Assembly: GCA_963810475.1 (NCBI GenBank)
Contig: CAWENY010000013.1
Location: forward strand, 76,816 to 140,815
Source of the DNA: an uncultured beta proteobacterium
GTDB taxonomy: Bacteria > Pseudomonadota > Gammaproteobacteria > Burkholderiales > SG8-39
Length of the DNA stretch: 64,000 nucleotides
Reading direction: 5' to 3'
Shown: one piece after another, positions 28,855 to 38,433 of the stretch
How the letters are laid out: the number at the start of each line of letters is the position of its first letter
Position numbering within the stretch: the first letter of the stretch is position 1
Program-made: the position numbers and the translations under genes
Notes under the pieces: model-generated
What the model was told of the DNA's origin: nothing
The model's database searches: none
The model's input: only the letters and a program-made list of their open reading frames with translations

Positions 28855-29626
28855 GGATTCCCTACGCCGCGTGCCCCCTCTGCGACGCGCGCGACAGCGT
28901 CGGAAGTGACCGTCGCCGACTGCTCGGGACACGAGCTCTACAAGCCCCCGCTGCCGCGCGACGCAGCGCTGGCTGCGCTGCCGGGCTTGCGACCACATGT
29001 ACGTGGACGGCTATTTTTCCCCCGAAGCGCTGAAAATCCTGTTCTCGGGCACGCAGCCGAGCCAGCGGCCGGGCCACGACATCGAAGGCCAGCGCTTCGC
29101 GTGGGCCAGCGTGCTCGACGCGGTCGGCGCGCTGCGCGCTTCGTTCGGCGGGCGCTGGCTCGATATCGGCTTCGGCAGCGGCGCGCTGCTCACCACGGCG
29201 GCGGAATTCGGCTACGAAGTGGCAGGCATCGACCTGCGCGAGGAGAACGTGCGGCTGATGCGCGAGGCCGGCTTCGATGTGCACGCGGTCGAGCTTGCCG
29301 CGTACCGCGCCGCCGCGCCGTTCGACGTCGTTTCCATGGCCGACGTGCTCGAGCACATGCCGTTTCCAAAGCGCGCGCTGCGCGACGCGCGGCAGCTCCT
29401 GCAACCGGGCGGCCTGCTGTTCCTCTCGATGCCGAACGCCGACGCGTTCGTCTGGCAGGCGTCGACCCGGGCCGGCACCAACCCCTACTGGGGCGAGATC
29501 GAGCACTACCATAACTTCGGCCGCCGGCGCCTGACCGCGCTGCTCGAGGAATGCGGCTTCGCGGTGCTGCGCTACGGCGTGAGCTTCCGCTACCGCATGT
29601 GCATGGAGCTGATCGCGCGGCGCTAG
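28851..29626 (+). pseudogene. Zn-ribbon + class I SAM-dependent methyltransferase, two frameshifts in the N-terminal ribbon
   Basis: MRIPYAACPLCDARDSV / EVTVADCSGHELYKPPLP / ATQRWLRCRACDHMYVDGYF.. lie in three successive frames, with junctions near 28900-28903 and 28956-28960. The methyltransferase core is WLDIGFGSGAL..VVSMADVLEHM. ATG 28851 overlaps the regulator TGA as ATGA. Confidence 0.7.
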
Positions 29627-31131
29627 GCGCGGCGCAGCTTCGCGATCAGCCAGGAGATCAGCGGCCAGAAGAGCAGCAGCAGGGCGAGCGTGGTCATGAA
29701 GCCGACCAGCTTCTTCGAGAACAGGATGCCCATGTCGCCCTGCGACATGAGCATCGCCTGGCGGAACGAGGACTCGGCGTTGTCGCCGAGCACGATCGCC
29801 AGCACGAGCGGCGCCAGCGGGTAGTTCAGCTTCTTGAAGAGATAGCCCAGGATGCCGAACACCACCATCATCCACACGTCGAAGATCGCGTTTTTCACCG
29901 TGAACGAGCCGATGGCGCAGATCACCATGATGATCGGCGCGATCACCGAGAACGGGATGCGCAGGATGGCGGCGAAGAGGGGCACGCAGGTGAGCACCAC
30001 GATCAGGCCGGCGATGTTGCCCAGGTACATCGAGGCGATCAGGCCCCAGACGAAATCCTTCTGCTCGACGAACAGCAGCGGCCCGGGCTGCAGGCCCCAG
30101 ATCATCAGCCCGCCGAGCAGCACCGCCGCGGTGGGCGAGCCCGGCACGCCGAGCGTGATCATCGGCAGCAGCGCCGCGGTGCCGGCGGCGTGCGCCGCGG
30201 TCTCGGGCGCGACCACGCCCTCGACCTTGCCGGTGCCGAACTGGTTGCCGTCGGGCGAGAAGCGCCGCGCCACCCCGTAGCTCATGAACGAGGCCGGCGT
30301 CGCGCCGCCCGGCACGATGCCCATGAAGCAGCCCACCGCGGAGGAGCGCAGCGAGGTCAGCCAGTAGCGCGGCAGCTCCTTCCAGGTCTCGAGCACCACG
30401 CGCACGTTGATCTTCGCCGACGCGCCGCGGAAGGCGAGGCCTTCCTCGAGCGTGAGCAGGATCTCGCCGATGCCGAACAGGCCGATCACCGCCACCAGGA
30501 AGTCGAAGCCGGTGAGCAGATGGGTCGAGCCGAACGTCAGGCGCAGCGTGCCGGTCACGGTGTCGAGGCCGACCGCGGCGAGCGCGAAGCCCAGCATCAT
30601 CGCCGCGATGGTCTTGAACGGCGGCTCCTTGCTGGTGCCGACGAAAGCGCAGAAGGTGAGCAGGTACACGGCAAAGAATTCCGGCGGCCCGAACTCGAGC
30701 GCGAAGCCCGCGACGACCGGCGAGAGAAAGGTGATCACCACCACGGCGACGAAGGCGCCGATGAACGACGAGGTGAAAGCCGCGGTGAGCGCGGCGCCGG
30801 CGCGCCCCTGCTGCGCGAGCGGGTAGCCGTCGAAGGTGGTGGCGACCGACCACGGCTCGCCCGGGATGTTGAACAGGATCGAGGTGATGGCGCCGCCGAA
30901 CAGGGCGCCCCAGTAGATGCACGAGAGCAGGATGATCGCCGAGGTGGCGCCGCCCGGCGTCTGCGCCATGCCGAAGGTGAGCGGCAGCAGGATGGCGACG
31001 CCGTTCGCCCCGCCCAGGCCCGGCAGCACGCCGATGATCACCCCCAGGATCACGCCGGTGAACATCAGCGCGATGTTGGTCGGCGTGAGCGCCACGCCGA
31101 AGCCGTGCATCAGCGACTGGATCTCGTCCAT
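29623..31131 (-). CDS. tctA: tripartite tricarboxylate transporter permease TctA
   Basis: Intact 502-aa polytopic ORF (MDEIQSLMHGFGVALTPTNIALMFTGVILGVIIGVLPGLGGANGVAILLPLTF..), typical of TctA. Confidence 0.9.
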   Translation of the reverse strand: MDEIQSLMHGFGVALTPTNIALMFTGVILGVIIGVLPGLGGANGVAILLPLTFGMAQTPGGATSAIILLSCIYWGALFGGAITSILFNIPGEPWSVATTFDGYPLAQQGRAGAALTAAFTSSFIGAFVAVVVITFLSPVVAGFALEFGPPEFFAVYLLTFCAFVGTSKEPPFKTIAAMMLGFALAAVGLDTVTGTLRLTFGSTHLLTGFDFLVAVIGLFGIGEILLTLEEGLAFRGASAKINVRVVLETWKELPRYWLTSLRSSAVGCFMGIVPGGATPASFMSYGVARRFSPDGNQFGTGKVEGVVAPETAAHAAGTAALLPMITLGVPGSPTAAVLLGGLMIWGLQPGPLLFVEQKDFVWGLIASMYLGNIAGLIVVLTCVPLFAAILRIPFSVIAPIIMVICAIGSFTVKNAIFDVWMMVVFGILGYLFKKLNYPLAPLVLAIVLGDNAESSFRQAMLMSQGDMGILFSKKLVGFMTTLALLLLFWPLISWLIAKLRRA

Positions 31132-31619
31132 TCAGTTCAACCCGACCCAGGACTTCCAGCGGGCCCTTGGGCAGCGGCACCTTGAACCAGATCTCGAAGA
31201 TGACGTAGAACACCACCACCGTGACGACGCTGACCGGCGACCACCTTCCACCACGGATACTTGCCCAGCCAGCGCATGAAGAAGCCGATGAACAGCACCG
31301 ACGAGACGTAGATGCCGATCCAGGTCACGAGCGCGGCGTAGATCGCGGTCGGGATCAGCACCGTGAGCACCATCTTCAGCTGCCCGCGCTCGACAAACGC
31401 CTTGTTCTGCGCCGCCGGCACGCGCAGCGCGAGCACCATGTTGACCAGCGACGCGATGCAGATGATCAGGCCGATGTAGAACGGGAAGTAGCCAGGCCGC
31501 GGCCCGTGCACCTCCTGCCAGCCGATGCCCAGGCGCACGCTGTCGGTGATGACGATGCCGCCCAAAATGAAGAAGAGCGCCGCCACTGCCAGCTCGGCGC
31601 TCTTCCGGTGAAAGCGCAG
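31132..31619 (-). pseudogene. tctB: TctB small membrane subunit, two frame changes; start uncertain
   Basis: ..RFHRKSAELAVAALFFILGGIVI..FMRWLGKYPWWKVV (track ORF 31137..32255 frame) -> VSVVTVVVFYVIFEIWFKVPLPKGPLEVL (28862..31219 frame) -> VGLN* with TGA immediately before the tctA ATG. Junctions lie near 31233-31240 and 31145-31150. The only candidate start I see is CTG 31617..31619. Confidence 0.55.
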
Positions 31620-31636
31620 CGTTTGTCTGGCTATTG

Positions 31637-32638
31637 CTATTGCCCTGCGATGAAGCCGGCGGCCTTCATCAGCTGCACGTGGCGCGCTTCTTCCTTCGCC
31701 ACCCAGTCGGCGTACTGCTGGCCGGCGAGCGCGGTGGTGTTGAACGCGCCCTCTTCCATCAGCTTCTTCCACTCCGGCGTCGCCATCACCTTCTTGAACA
31801 GGCCCGTGTAGTAGGCGACGTGCTCGGGCTTCACGCCGGGCGGCATGAAGATGCCGCGCAGCATCAGGTAGTCGACGTCGAGCCCGGCTTCCTTGCAGGT
31901 CGGGATGTCGCTCCAGCCCATCTTGTCGGTGACCTTCTCCTTGTAGGGCAGGCGCTTCTGCTCGAACACGCACAGCGGGCGCAGGTTGCCGCCGCGCCAC
32001 TGCGCCACCGCCTCGATCGGGTTGTTCACCGTCGAGTCGACGTGGCCGCCGACGAGCTGCGTCGCCACCGCGCCGCCGCCCTTGAAGGGAATGTAGGTGA
32101 ACTTGGCGCCGGTCTTCTGCTCGATCGCCACGGTGATGATCTGGTCTTCCTGCTTGGCACCGGTGCCGCCCATCTTCATCTTGCCGGCGCCGGCCTTCTT
32201 CGCCGCCTCGACGTACTCCTTCGCGTTCTTGTACGGCGTCTTCGCGTTGACCCACAGCACGAAGTTGTCGAGCGCCAGCATCTGCACCGGCGTCAGGTCG
32301 CGCCAGTTGAACGGCACCCCCGTGGCGAGCGGCGTGGTGAACAGGTTGGAAAGCGTGATGATGATCTTGTGCGGATCGCCGGCGGCGTTCTTCACGTCGA
32401 GGAAGCCCTCGGCGCCGGCCCCGCCCGCCTTGTTGATGGGCAGGATGGACTGCTTCATCAGGCTATGCTTGGCGACGATGCCCTGGATGGCGCGTGCCAT
32501 CTGGTCGGCGCCGCCGCCGGTGCCGGCGGGGATGATGAACTCGACGTTCTTGGTCGGCTCCCAGGACTGCGCCTGCGCCGCGAACGGTGCGGCCAGTGCA
32601 ACGCTGAGTACTAGGGTATTGCGCAACGCGTGTTTCAT
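31637..32638 (-). CDS. tctC: TctC / Bug-family periplasmic substrate-binding protein
   Basis: Signal peptide MKHALRNTLVLSVALAAPFAAQA. It has ..FIIPAGTGGGADQMAR.. and a C-terminal ..YADWVAKEEARHVQLMKAAGFIAGQ typical of the family. Confidence 0.85.
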   Translation of the reverse strand: MKHALRNTLVLSVALAAPFAAQAQSWEPTKNVEFIIPAGTGGGADQMARAIQGIVAKHSLMKQSILPINKAGGAGAEGFLDVKNAAGDPHKIIITLSNLFTTPLATGVPFNWRDLTPVQMLALDNFVLWVNAKTPYKNAKEYVEAAKKAGAGKMKMGGTGAKQEDQIITVAIEQKTGAKFTYIPFKGGGAVATQLVGGHVDSTVNNPIEAVAQWRGGNLRPLCVFEQKRLPYKEKVTDKMGWSDIPTCKEAGLDVDYLMLRGIFMPPGVKPEHVAYYTGLFKKVMATPEWKKLMEEGAFNTTALAGQQYADWVAKEEARHVQLMKAAGFIAGQ

Positions 32639-32730
32639 GACTCCTCCTAAAGTTTCACCCTTCGCTGCGCCGCACCATTCTCTGGGGTGCTGGTCGCACG
32701 GATTCTCATGCTCCCCGTCTATGCGCAGCC

Positions 32731-32744
32731 TTGACCACGATCAA
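32731..32744. promoter_or_regulatory. Crp/Fnr-type box TTGAC-CACG-ATCAA upstream of tctC
   Basis: 9 of 10 palindromic positions match. It lies 93-106 nt upstream of the tctC ATG and overlaps the stop of the terC-family gene. Confidence 0.45.
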
Positions 32745-33502
32745 GACTTGGAGCGGTCAACCTCGACAGCCGCTTCATGCACCGCGGCCCTCATGGCCCT
32801 GCGCTTGCCGATCAACGTTCCAGCGGCAATCACGATGACCGCGCCGGCCAGGCCGCAGATGATTTCCAGGCTCAAGCCGCCGACCTTGGGCTTCTCGCCG
32901 TCGAACTCCACGCCGATGCCCGAGAGCCAGCCTTTGAGCGCCGGGTCGGTGACCAGCATCTCGCCGGCGACGAAGCCGAGCAACCCGCCGCCGATGGTGA
33001 TGATGACGGGCCAGCGCTCCATCAGGTGCAGGAGCAGGGTCGAGCCGAAGATGACGAGCGGGATGGAGATCGCCAGGCCGAGCACCAGCAGCGTCATGCT
33101 GCCCTGCGCCGCCGCGGCGACCGCGATCACGTTGTCGATGCTCATCACCAGGTCGGCGATCAGGATGGTCTTGATCGCCGAGATCAGGTTGTCGCTGGCG
33201 TCGATGTTCTCGTCGCCCTCTTCCGGCAGCAGCAGCTTGATGCCGATCCAGAAGAGAAGCAGGCTGCCGACCAGCTTCAGCCACGGCAGCGTGAGCAGCG
33301 CGACGGCGAAGATGGTGAGCACGATGCGCATCGCCACCGCCGCGCCCGAGCCCCACAGCACCGCCGCCTTCTGCTGGCGCTGCGGCAGCGAGCGGGCGGC
33401 GAGCGCGATGACCACCGCGTTGTCGCCCGACAGGATGAGGTTGACGCCGATGATTTTCAGCAGGCCGATCCAGAAGACCTGCGTGTAGAGCTCGTCGAGC
33501 AT
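32741..33502 (-). CDS. TerC/YjbE-family integral membrane protein
   Basis: ..NLILSGDNAVVIALAAR.. and ..DLVMSIDNVIAVAAAA.. are the duplicated TerC-family motif. 253 aa. Confidence 0.8.
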   Translation of the reverse strand: MLDELYTQVFWIGLLKIIGVNLILSGDNAVVIALAARSLPQRQQKAAVLWGSGAAVAMRIVLTIFAVALLTLPWLKLVGSLLLFWIGIKLLLPEEGDENIDASDNLISAIKTILIADLVMSIDNVIAVAAAAQGSMTLLVLGLAISIPLVIFGSTLLLHLMERWPVIITIGGGLLGFVAGEMLVTDPALKGWLSGIGVEFDGEKPKVGGLSLEIICGLAGAVIVIAAGTLIGKRRAMRAAVHEAAVEVDRSKS

Positions 33503-33511
33503 CGACTTATT

Positions 33512-35182
33512 CTAGAACAGGCCCACGACCTTGCCGTCGACAAGATCGATCTTGTTGGCGGAGGGCACCTTCGGCAGGCCGGGCATGGTCATGATGTCGC
33601 CGCAGATCATCACCACGAACTCGGCGCCGGCGGACAGCCGCACCTCGCGAACGTTGACGACGTGGTCGCTGGGCGCGCCGCGCGTCGCCGCGTTGGTGGA
33701 GAACGACGACTGGGTCTTCGCCACACACACCGGGAAGTGCCCGTAGCCGTCGTCCTGCAGCTTCTGAATCTGCGCCCGCACCTTGCCATCGGCGGTGACG
33801 CTGCCCGCGCGGTACACCTTCTTCGCGATCTTCTCCATCTTCTGCCATAGCGGGTCGGCGTCCTCGTACACGAAGGTCGGCTTCGACGGCTTGTCGCAGA
33901 GCTGCACCACGATCTTCGCGAGATCAGCCGCGCCCTTGCCGCCCTCGCCCCAGTGGCTTGCGAGCACCACCTCGACGCCGAGCTTTTTCATCCGCTCGGT
34001 CACCAGCCGGATTTCGGCTTCGGTGTCGAAGGTGAACTTGTTGATCGAGACCACGCACGGGATACCGTAGACCTTGGACACGTTCTCGACGTGGCGCTCG
34101 AGGTTGACCAGGCCCTTCTCCACCGCCGCCAGGTTCTCCTTGCTCACGTCCTTCACCTCGACGCCGCCGTGGTACTTGAGCGCGCGCATCGTCGCGACGA
34201 TCACCGCCGCGCTCGGCATCAGGCCGGTCTTGCGGCACTTGATGTCGAGGAACTTCTCCGCGCCGAGGTCGGCGCCGAACCCGGCTTCGGTGACAACATA
34301 GTCCGCCAATTTCAATGCTGACTGGGTGGCGAGCACCGAATTACAGCCGTGCGCGATGTTGGCGAACGGCCCGCCGTGCACGAAGGCGGGGTTGTTCTCC
34401 AGCGTCTGCACCAGGTTCGGCGCGATCGCGTCCTTGAGGAGCACCGTCATGGCGCCGTGTCCCTGCAGGTCGCTTGCCTTGACCGGCTTCTGGTCGCGCG
34501 TATAGCCGACCACGATATTCCCCAGCCGCTTCTTCAGGTCTTCAAGCGAAGTCGAGAGGCAGAAGATCGCCATCACTTCGGAAGCGACGACGATATCGAA
34601 GCCGTCCTGGCGCGGGTAGCCGTTGGCGGTGCCGCCCAGGCCGACGGTGATGTCGCGCAGCGCGCGGTCGTTCATGTCGAGCACGCGCTTCCACTGGATG
34701 CGGCGCACGTCGATGCCGAGCTCGTTGCCGTGGCTGATGTGGTTGTCGATCAGCGCCGCGAGCAGGTTGTTGGCGAGCTGGATCGCGCCGAAGTCGCCGG
34801 TGAAGTGCAGGTTGATGTCTTCCATCGGCACGATCTGCGCATAGCCGCCGCCGGCGGCGCCGCCCTTCACGCCGAACACCGGCCCGAGCGAGGGCTCGCG
34901 CAGGCAGATGATCGCCTTCTTGCCGATGTAATTGAGCGCGTCGCCCAGCCCCACGGTGGTGGTGGTCTTGCCTTCGCCGGCGGGCGTGGGGCTGATCGCG
35001 GTGACCAGGATCAGCTTGCCGTTCTTCTTGCCTTTCAGGCTGTCGAGGTATTTGAGCGAGACCTTGGCCTTGTAGTGGCCGTAGGGCTCGAGGTGCTCCT
35101 CGGCGATTCCCAGCTTCTCGCGCGCCACGGCGGCGATGCGCTGCATTTTTCCAGCCTGTGCGATTTCGATGTCCGACGGCAT
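33512..35182 (-). CDS. fhs: formate--tetrahydrofolate ligase
   Basis: [36 protein letters not shown]..; 556 aa, collinear with Fhs along its length. Confidence 0.95.
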   Translation of the reverse strand: MPSDIEIAQAGKMQRIAAVAREKLGIAEEHLEPYGHYKAKVSLKYLDSLKGKKNGKLILVTAISPTPAGEGKTTTTVGLGDALNYIGKKAIICLREPSLGPVFGVKGGAAGGGYAQIVPMEDINLHFTGDFGAIQLANNLLAALIDNHISHGNELGIDVRRIQWKRVLDMNDRALRDITVGLGGTANGYPRQDGFDIVVASEVMAIFCLSTSLEDLKKRLGNIVVGYTRDQKPVKASDLQGHGAMTVLLKDAIAPNLVQTLENNPAFVHGGPFANIAHGCNSVLATQSALKLADYVVTEAGFGADLGAEKFLDIKCRKTGLMPSAAVIVATMRALKYHGGVEVKDVSKENLAAVEKGLVNLERHVENVSKVYGIPCVVSINKFTFDTEAEIRLVTERMKKLGVEVVLASHWGEGGKGAADLAKIVVQLCDKPSKPTFVYEDADPLWQKMEKIAKKVYRAGSVTADGKVRAQIQKLQDDGYGHFPVCVAKTQSSFSTNAATRGAPSDHVVNVREVRLSAGAEFVVMICGDIMTMPGLPKVPSANKIDLVDGKVVGLF

Positions 35183-35215
35183 TCCTGGTCTCCCCTGATG
35201 GTGAATCGACCCGAC

Positions 35216-35632
35216 CTACTTGACGAGCAGGACGGGTACGTCCGAGATGTGCAGCACCTTGGTGGCGGTGGAGCCCATCAGCGCTTTGCCGAGCTCGCTC
35301 ATGCCGCGGGTGCCGATGTAGATGAGGTCGCAGCGCTTGTCCTTGGCGTGCTTGACCAGCGTCTCGGCCACCGGGCCGACCAGCGCGCTCGCCTTGTACG
35401 GGATGCCGGCGCGGTCGAGCTCCCTTTTCGCCGCGGCCAGCATGCCTTCGCCTTCCTCCTGGTAATAGCGCTCGAGCTGCGCCTTGTTCAAGCGCCCGAC
35501 CTTCGGCACCGGCAGGTGCACCGCGACCACCTCGACCGACGGAGGAACGCGATACCAGTCGCAATGCTGGACCAGCAGCTGCACCGCCTTGAGCGACGGC
35601 TTGGAGCCGTCCACCGCTACCAGTATTTTCAT
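35216..35632 (-). CDS. universal stress protein (UspA family)
   Basis: MKILVAVDGS..LIYIGTRGMSELGKALMGSTATKVLHISDVPVLLVK. Its ATG overlaps the fdsA stop as ATGA (35629..35632). Confidence 0.85.
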   Translation of the reverse strand: MKILVAVDGSKPSLKAVQLLVQHCDWYRVPPSVEVVAVHLPVPKVGRLNKAQLERYYQEEGEGMLAAAKRELDRAGIPYKASALVGPVAETLVKHAKDKRCDLIYIGTRGMSELGKALMGSTATKVLHISDVPVLLVK

Positions 35633-38433
35633 TTGTAGAGCTCTTCGAGTGTACGTCCCTTGCCGTAGCCGGGATCGCCCGGCTTGGCCCCGCCGCGCGT
35701 CACCTTCACCGCGCAGTACTTGAACTCCGGAATCTTGCCGAACGGGTCGAGCGCCGGATTGGTCAGCAGGTTTGCCGCCGCCTCGTAGTAGCAGAACGGA
35801 ATGAACACCGCGCCGCGCGGCGTGCCGGCGTCCGCCCTCGCGTACAAGGCGATCTTGCCGCGCCTGGACTCTACGGTGAGGAGCTCACCAGGCCTCACTT
35901 TCAATTTGTCCAGATCCAGGGGGTGAAGCGACGCCGTGGGCGCCGGCTCGATGGCGTCGAGCACGCCCGAGCGGCGCGTCATCGCGCCGGTGTGCCAGTG
36001 CTCGAGCTGCCGCCCGGTCATCAGGATCATCGGGTACTGCGCATCGGGCTGCTCGTCGGCCGGGATCAGGTCGGCGGGAACGAACTTGCCGCGCCCGGTG
36101 GGGGTCGGGAAGTGCGTGGTGAACACCACCGGCTGGCCGGCGTCGCCCTCGTTTTCGCACGGGTAGGTCACCGAGGAATCGCGCTCCAGCCGCTCCCAGG
36201 TGATGCCGCGGATCGAGTCCATGCACTGCCGCATTTCATCCCAAACCTCTTTCGGCTTCTCATAAGGCCAGTCGAGGCCAAGACGGCGCGCGAGCTGCAC
36301 GATGATCCAGAGGTCCTCTTTCGCCTCGCCCGGCGGCTGCAGCGCCTTGCGGCCGAGCTGCACCATGCGGTCGGTATTCGTCACCGTGCCGTCCTTCTCG
36401 GGCCAGGCGGTGGCGGGCAGCACCACGTCGGCGAGATAGGCGGTCTCGGTCAGGAAAATGTCCTGCACCACCAGGTGCTGGAGCTTGGCCATCGCGGCGC
36501 GCGCGTGGTCGACATCAGGGTCGGACATCGCCGGGTTCTCGCCCATGATGTACATGCCGCGGATTTTTCCCGCGTACGCCGCGTCCATGATCTCGACCAC
36601 GGTGAGGCCCGGCTTCGGATCGAGCTTCGCGCCCCACAGCTTCTCGAAGCGCTGCTGCGCCTCGGGCGTCGCCACGCGCTGGTAGTCGGGATACATCATC
36701 GGGATCAGCCCGGAGTCGGACGCGCCCTGCACGTTGTTCTGGCCGCGCAGCGGGTGCAGCCCGGTGCCGGGCCGGCCGACCTGGCCGGTCATCAACGTGA
36801 GCGCGATGAGGCAGCGCGCGTTGTCGGTGCCGTGGATGTGCTGCGAGATGCCCATGCCCCACAGGATCATCGAGCCCTTCGAGGTGGCGTAGGCGCGGGC
36901 CACCTCGCGGATGGTCTCGGCCGGGATGCCGCAGATCGGCGCCATCTTCTCCGGCGAGAAGTTCTTCGCGTTTTCCTTCAGCGCCTCGTAGCCGCTGGTG
37001 CGGTCCTTCACGAACGCTTCATTCACCAGGTTCTCGTCGATGATGGCGTGGATCATCGCGTTGAGCAGCGCCACGTCGGTGTCGGGCTTGAACTGCAGCA
37101 TGCGCCACGCGTGGCGCGCGAGCTCGCCGCGCCGCGGGTCGGCGTAGACCAGCTTCACGCCGCGCCTGGCGGCGTTCTTCATCCAGGTCGCCGCCACCGG
37201 ATGGTTGGAGGTCGGGTTCGCGCCGATGAGGAAGATGAGCTCGGCGTTCTCGACGTCGTTCACCTGGTTGGAGACGGCGCCGGAGCCGATGCCCTCGAGC
37301 AGCGCGGCGACCGACGAGGCGTGACACAGGCGCGTGCAATGGTCGACGTTGTTGGTGCCGAAGCCGGTGCGCACCAGCTTCTGGAAGAGATACGCCTCTT
37401 CATTCGAGCCTTTGGCCGAGCCGAAGCCGGCGAGCGCGTTGCGGTCCTGGTCGCGCACCGCCTTCAGCCCTTCGGCGGCCTTCTGCAGCGCGGTTTCCCA
37501 GGAAACCTCCTCGAACACCTCTTTCCAGTTTGCCGGGTCGGCGGTGAACGTGGAGGTCTTCGGGAAGCCGGGCTTTCTGATCAGCGGCTTGGTCAAGCGC
37601 TGCGGATGCGCCGCATAGTCGAAGCCGTAGCGCCCCTTGACGCACAGGCGGCTATGGTTCGACGGGCCGTCCTTGCCGGTGACGAACTGGATCACGTTGC
37701 TCTTCACGTGATAAGTGAGCAGGCAGCCCACGCCGCAGAACGGGCACACCGAGTCCACCGTCTTGTCGATCTTTTTCAGGCCGACCTCGCGCGCCGGCAT
37801 CAGCGCGCCGGTCGGGCAGGCCTGCACGCACTCGCCGCACGCCACGCAGGTCGACTCGCCCATCGGGTCGTCGAGGTCGAACACCGGCACCGAGCGGTCG
37901 CCGCGGTAGGCGTAGCCGATGACGTCGTTCACCTGCACTTCGCGGCAGGCGCGCACGCAGCGCGTGCACTGGATGCACGCATCGAGGTTGACTGCCATCG
38001 CGGGGTGCGACAGGTCCGCCCTGGGCTGCTGCCGGCGGGCGAAGCGGGGCTTCTGCACGCCGATCCTGGTCGCCCACTGCTTCAACTTGTTGTCGAGCGT
38101 GTATTCCTTCTCCGGCATGTCGGAGAGCAGCAGCTCGAGCACCATCTTCTGCGAGCCGAGCGCGCGCGGCGAGTTGGTGGTGACTTCCATGCCGGCCACC
38201 GGGAAGCGGCAGCACGACGGCGCGAGCGTGCGCTCGCCCTTGATCTCGACCACGCAGGCGCGGCAGTTGCCGTCGGAGCGCTGGTTGCCGCCGTGGCACA
38301 GGTGCGGGATGTCGACGCCGTGCTTTTTCGCCGTGGTGATGATCGGCTCGTCGGGCCGGCCGACCACGGTCTCGCCGTTGAGCTTGAACTCGATCGGCAT
38401 CATCGCGAGCTGGCGGTCTTTGATTCTTTCCAT
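35629..38433 (-). CDS. fdsA: NAD-dependent formate dehydrogenase alpha subunit (Mo/W-bis-MGD, FdsA type)
   Basis: N-terminal 2Fe-2S/4Fe-4S Cys clusters (..HLCHGGNQRSDGNCRACVVEI.., CIQCTRCVRACREV, CVACGECVQACPTGAL, CPFCGVGC). These are followed by molybdopterin oxidoreductase domains. ATG 38431..38433 overlaps the fdsB TGA by 1 nt. Confidence 0.9.
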   Translation of the reverse strand: MERIKDRQLAMMPIEFKLNGETVVGRPDEPIITTAKKHGVDIPHLCHGGNQRSDGNCRACVVEIKGERTLAPSCCRFPVAGMEVTTNSPRALGSQKMVLELLLSDMPEKEYTLDNKLKQWATRIGVQKPRFARRQQPRADLSHPAMAVNLDACIQCTRCVRACREVQVNDVIGYAYRGDRSVPVFDLDDPMGESTCVACGECVQACPTGALMPAREVGLKKIDKTVDSVCPFCGVGCLLTYHVKSNVIQFVTGKDGPSNHSRLCVKGRYGFDYAAHPQRLTKPLIRKPGFPKTSTFTADPANWKEVFEEVSWETALQKAAEGLKAVRDQDRNALAGFGSAKGSNEEAYLFQKLVRTGFGTNNVDHCTRLCHASSVAALLEGIGSGAVSNQVNDVENAELIFLIGANPTSNHPVAATWMKNAARRGVKLVYADPRRGELARHAWRMLQFKPDTDVALLNAMIHAIIDENLVNEAFVKDRTSGYEALKENAKNFSPEKMAPICGIPAETIREVARAYATSKGSMILWGMGISQHIHGTDNARCLIALTLMTGQVGRPGTGLHPLRGQNNVQGASDSGLIPMMYPDYQRVATPEAQQRFEKLWGAKLDPKPGLTVVEIMDAAYAGKIRGMYIMGENPAMSDPDVDHARAAMAKLQHLVVQDIFLTETAYLADVVLPATAWPEKDGTVTNTDRMVQLGRKALQPPGEAKEDLWIIVQLARRLGLDWPYEKPKEVWDEMRQCMDSIRGITWERLERDSSVTYPCENEGDAGQPVVFTTHFPTPTGRGKFVPADLIPADEQPDAQYPMILMTGRQLEHWHTGAMTRRSGVLDAIEPAPTASLHPLDLDKLKVRPGELLTVESRRGKIALYARADAGTPRGAVFIPFCYYEAAANLLTNPALDPFGKIPEFKYCAVKVTRGGAKPGDPGYGKGRTLEELYK

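Noticed and set aside
28862-31219. 785-aa minus-strand ORF across the methyltransferase and tctA.
   Set aside because: Only its first ~30 residues (VVFYVIFEIWFKVPLPKGPLEVL) are real, namely the tctB C-terminus. The rest is an out-of-frame read through tctA and antisense of the methyltransferase gene.
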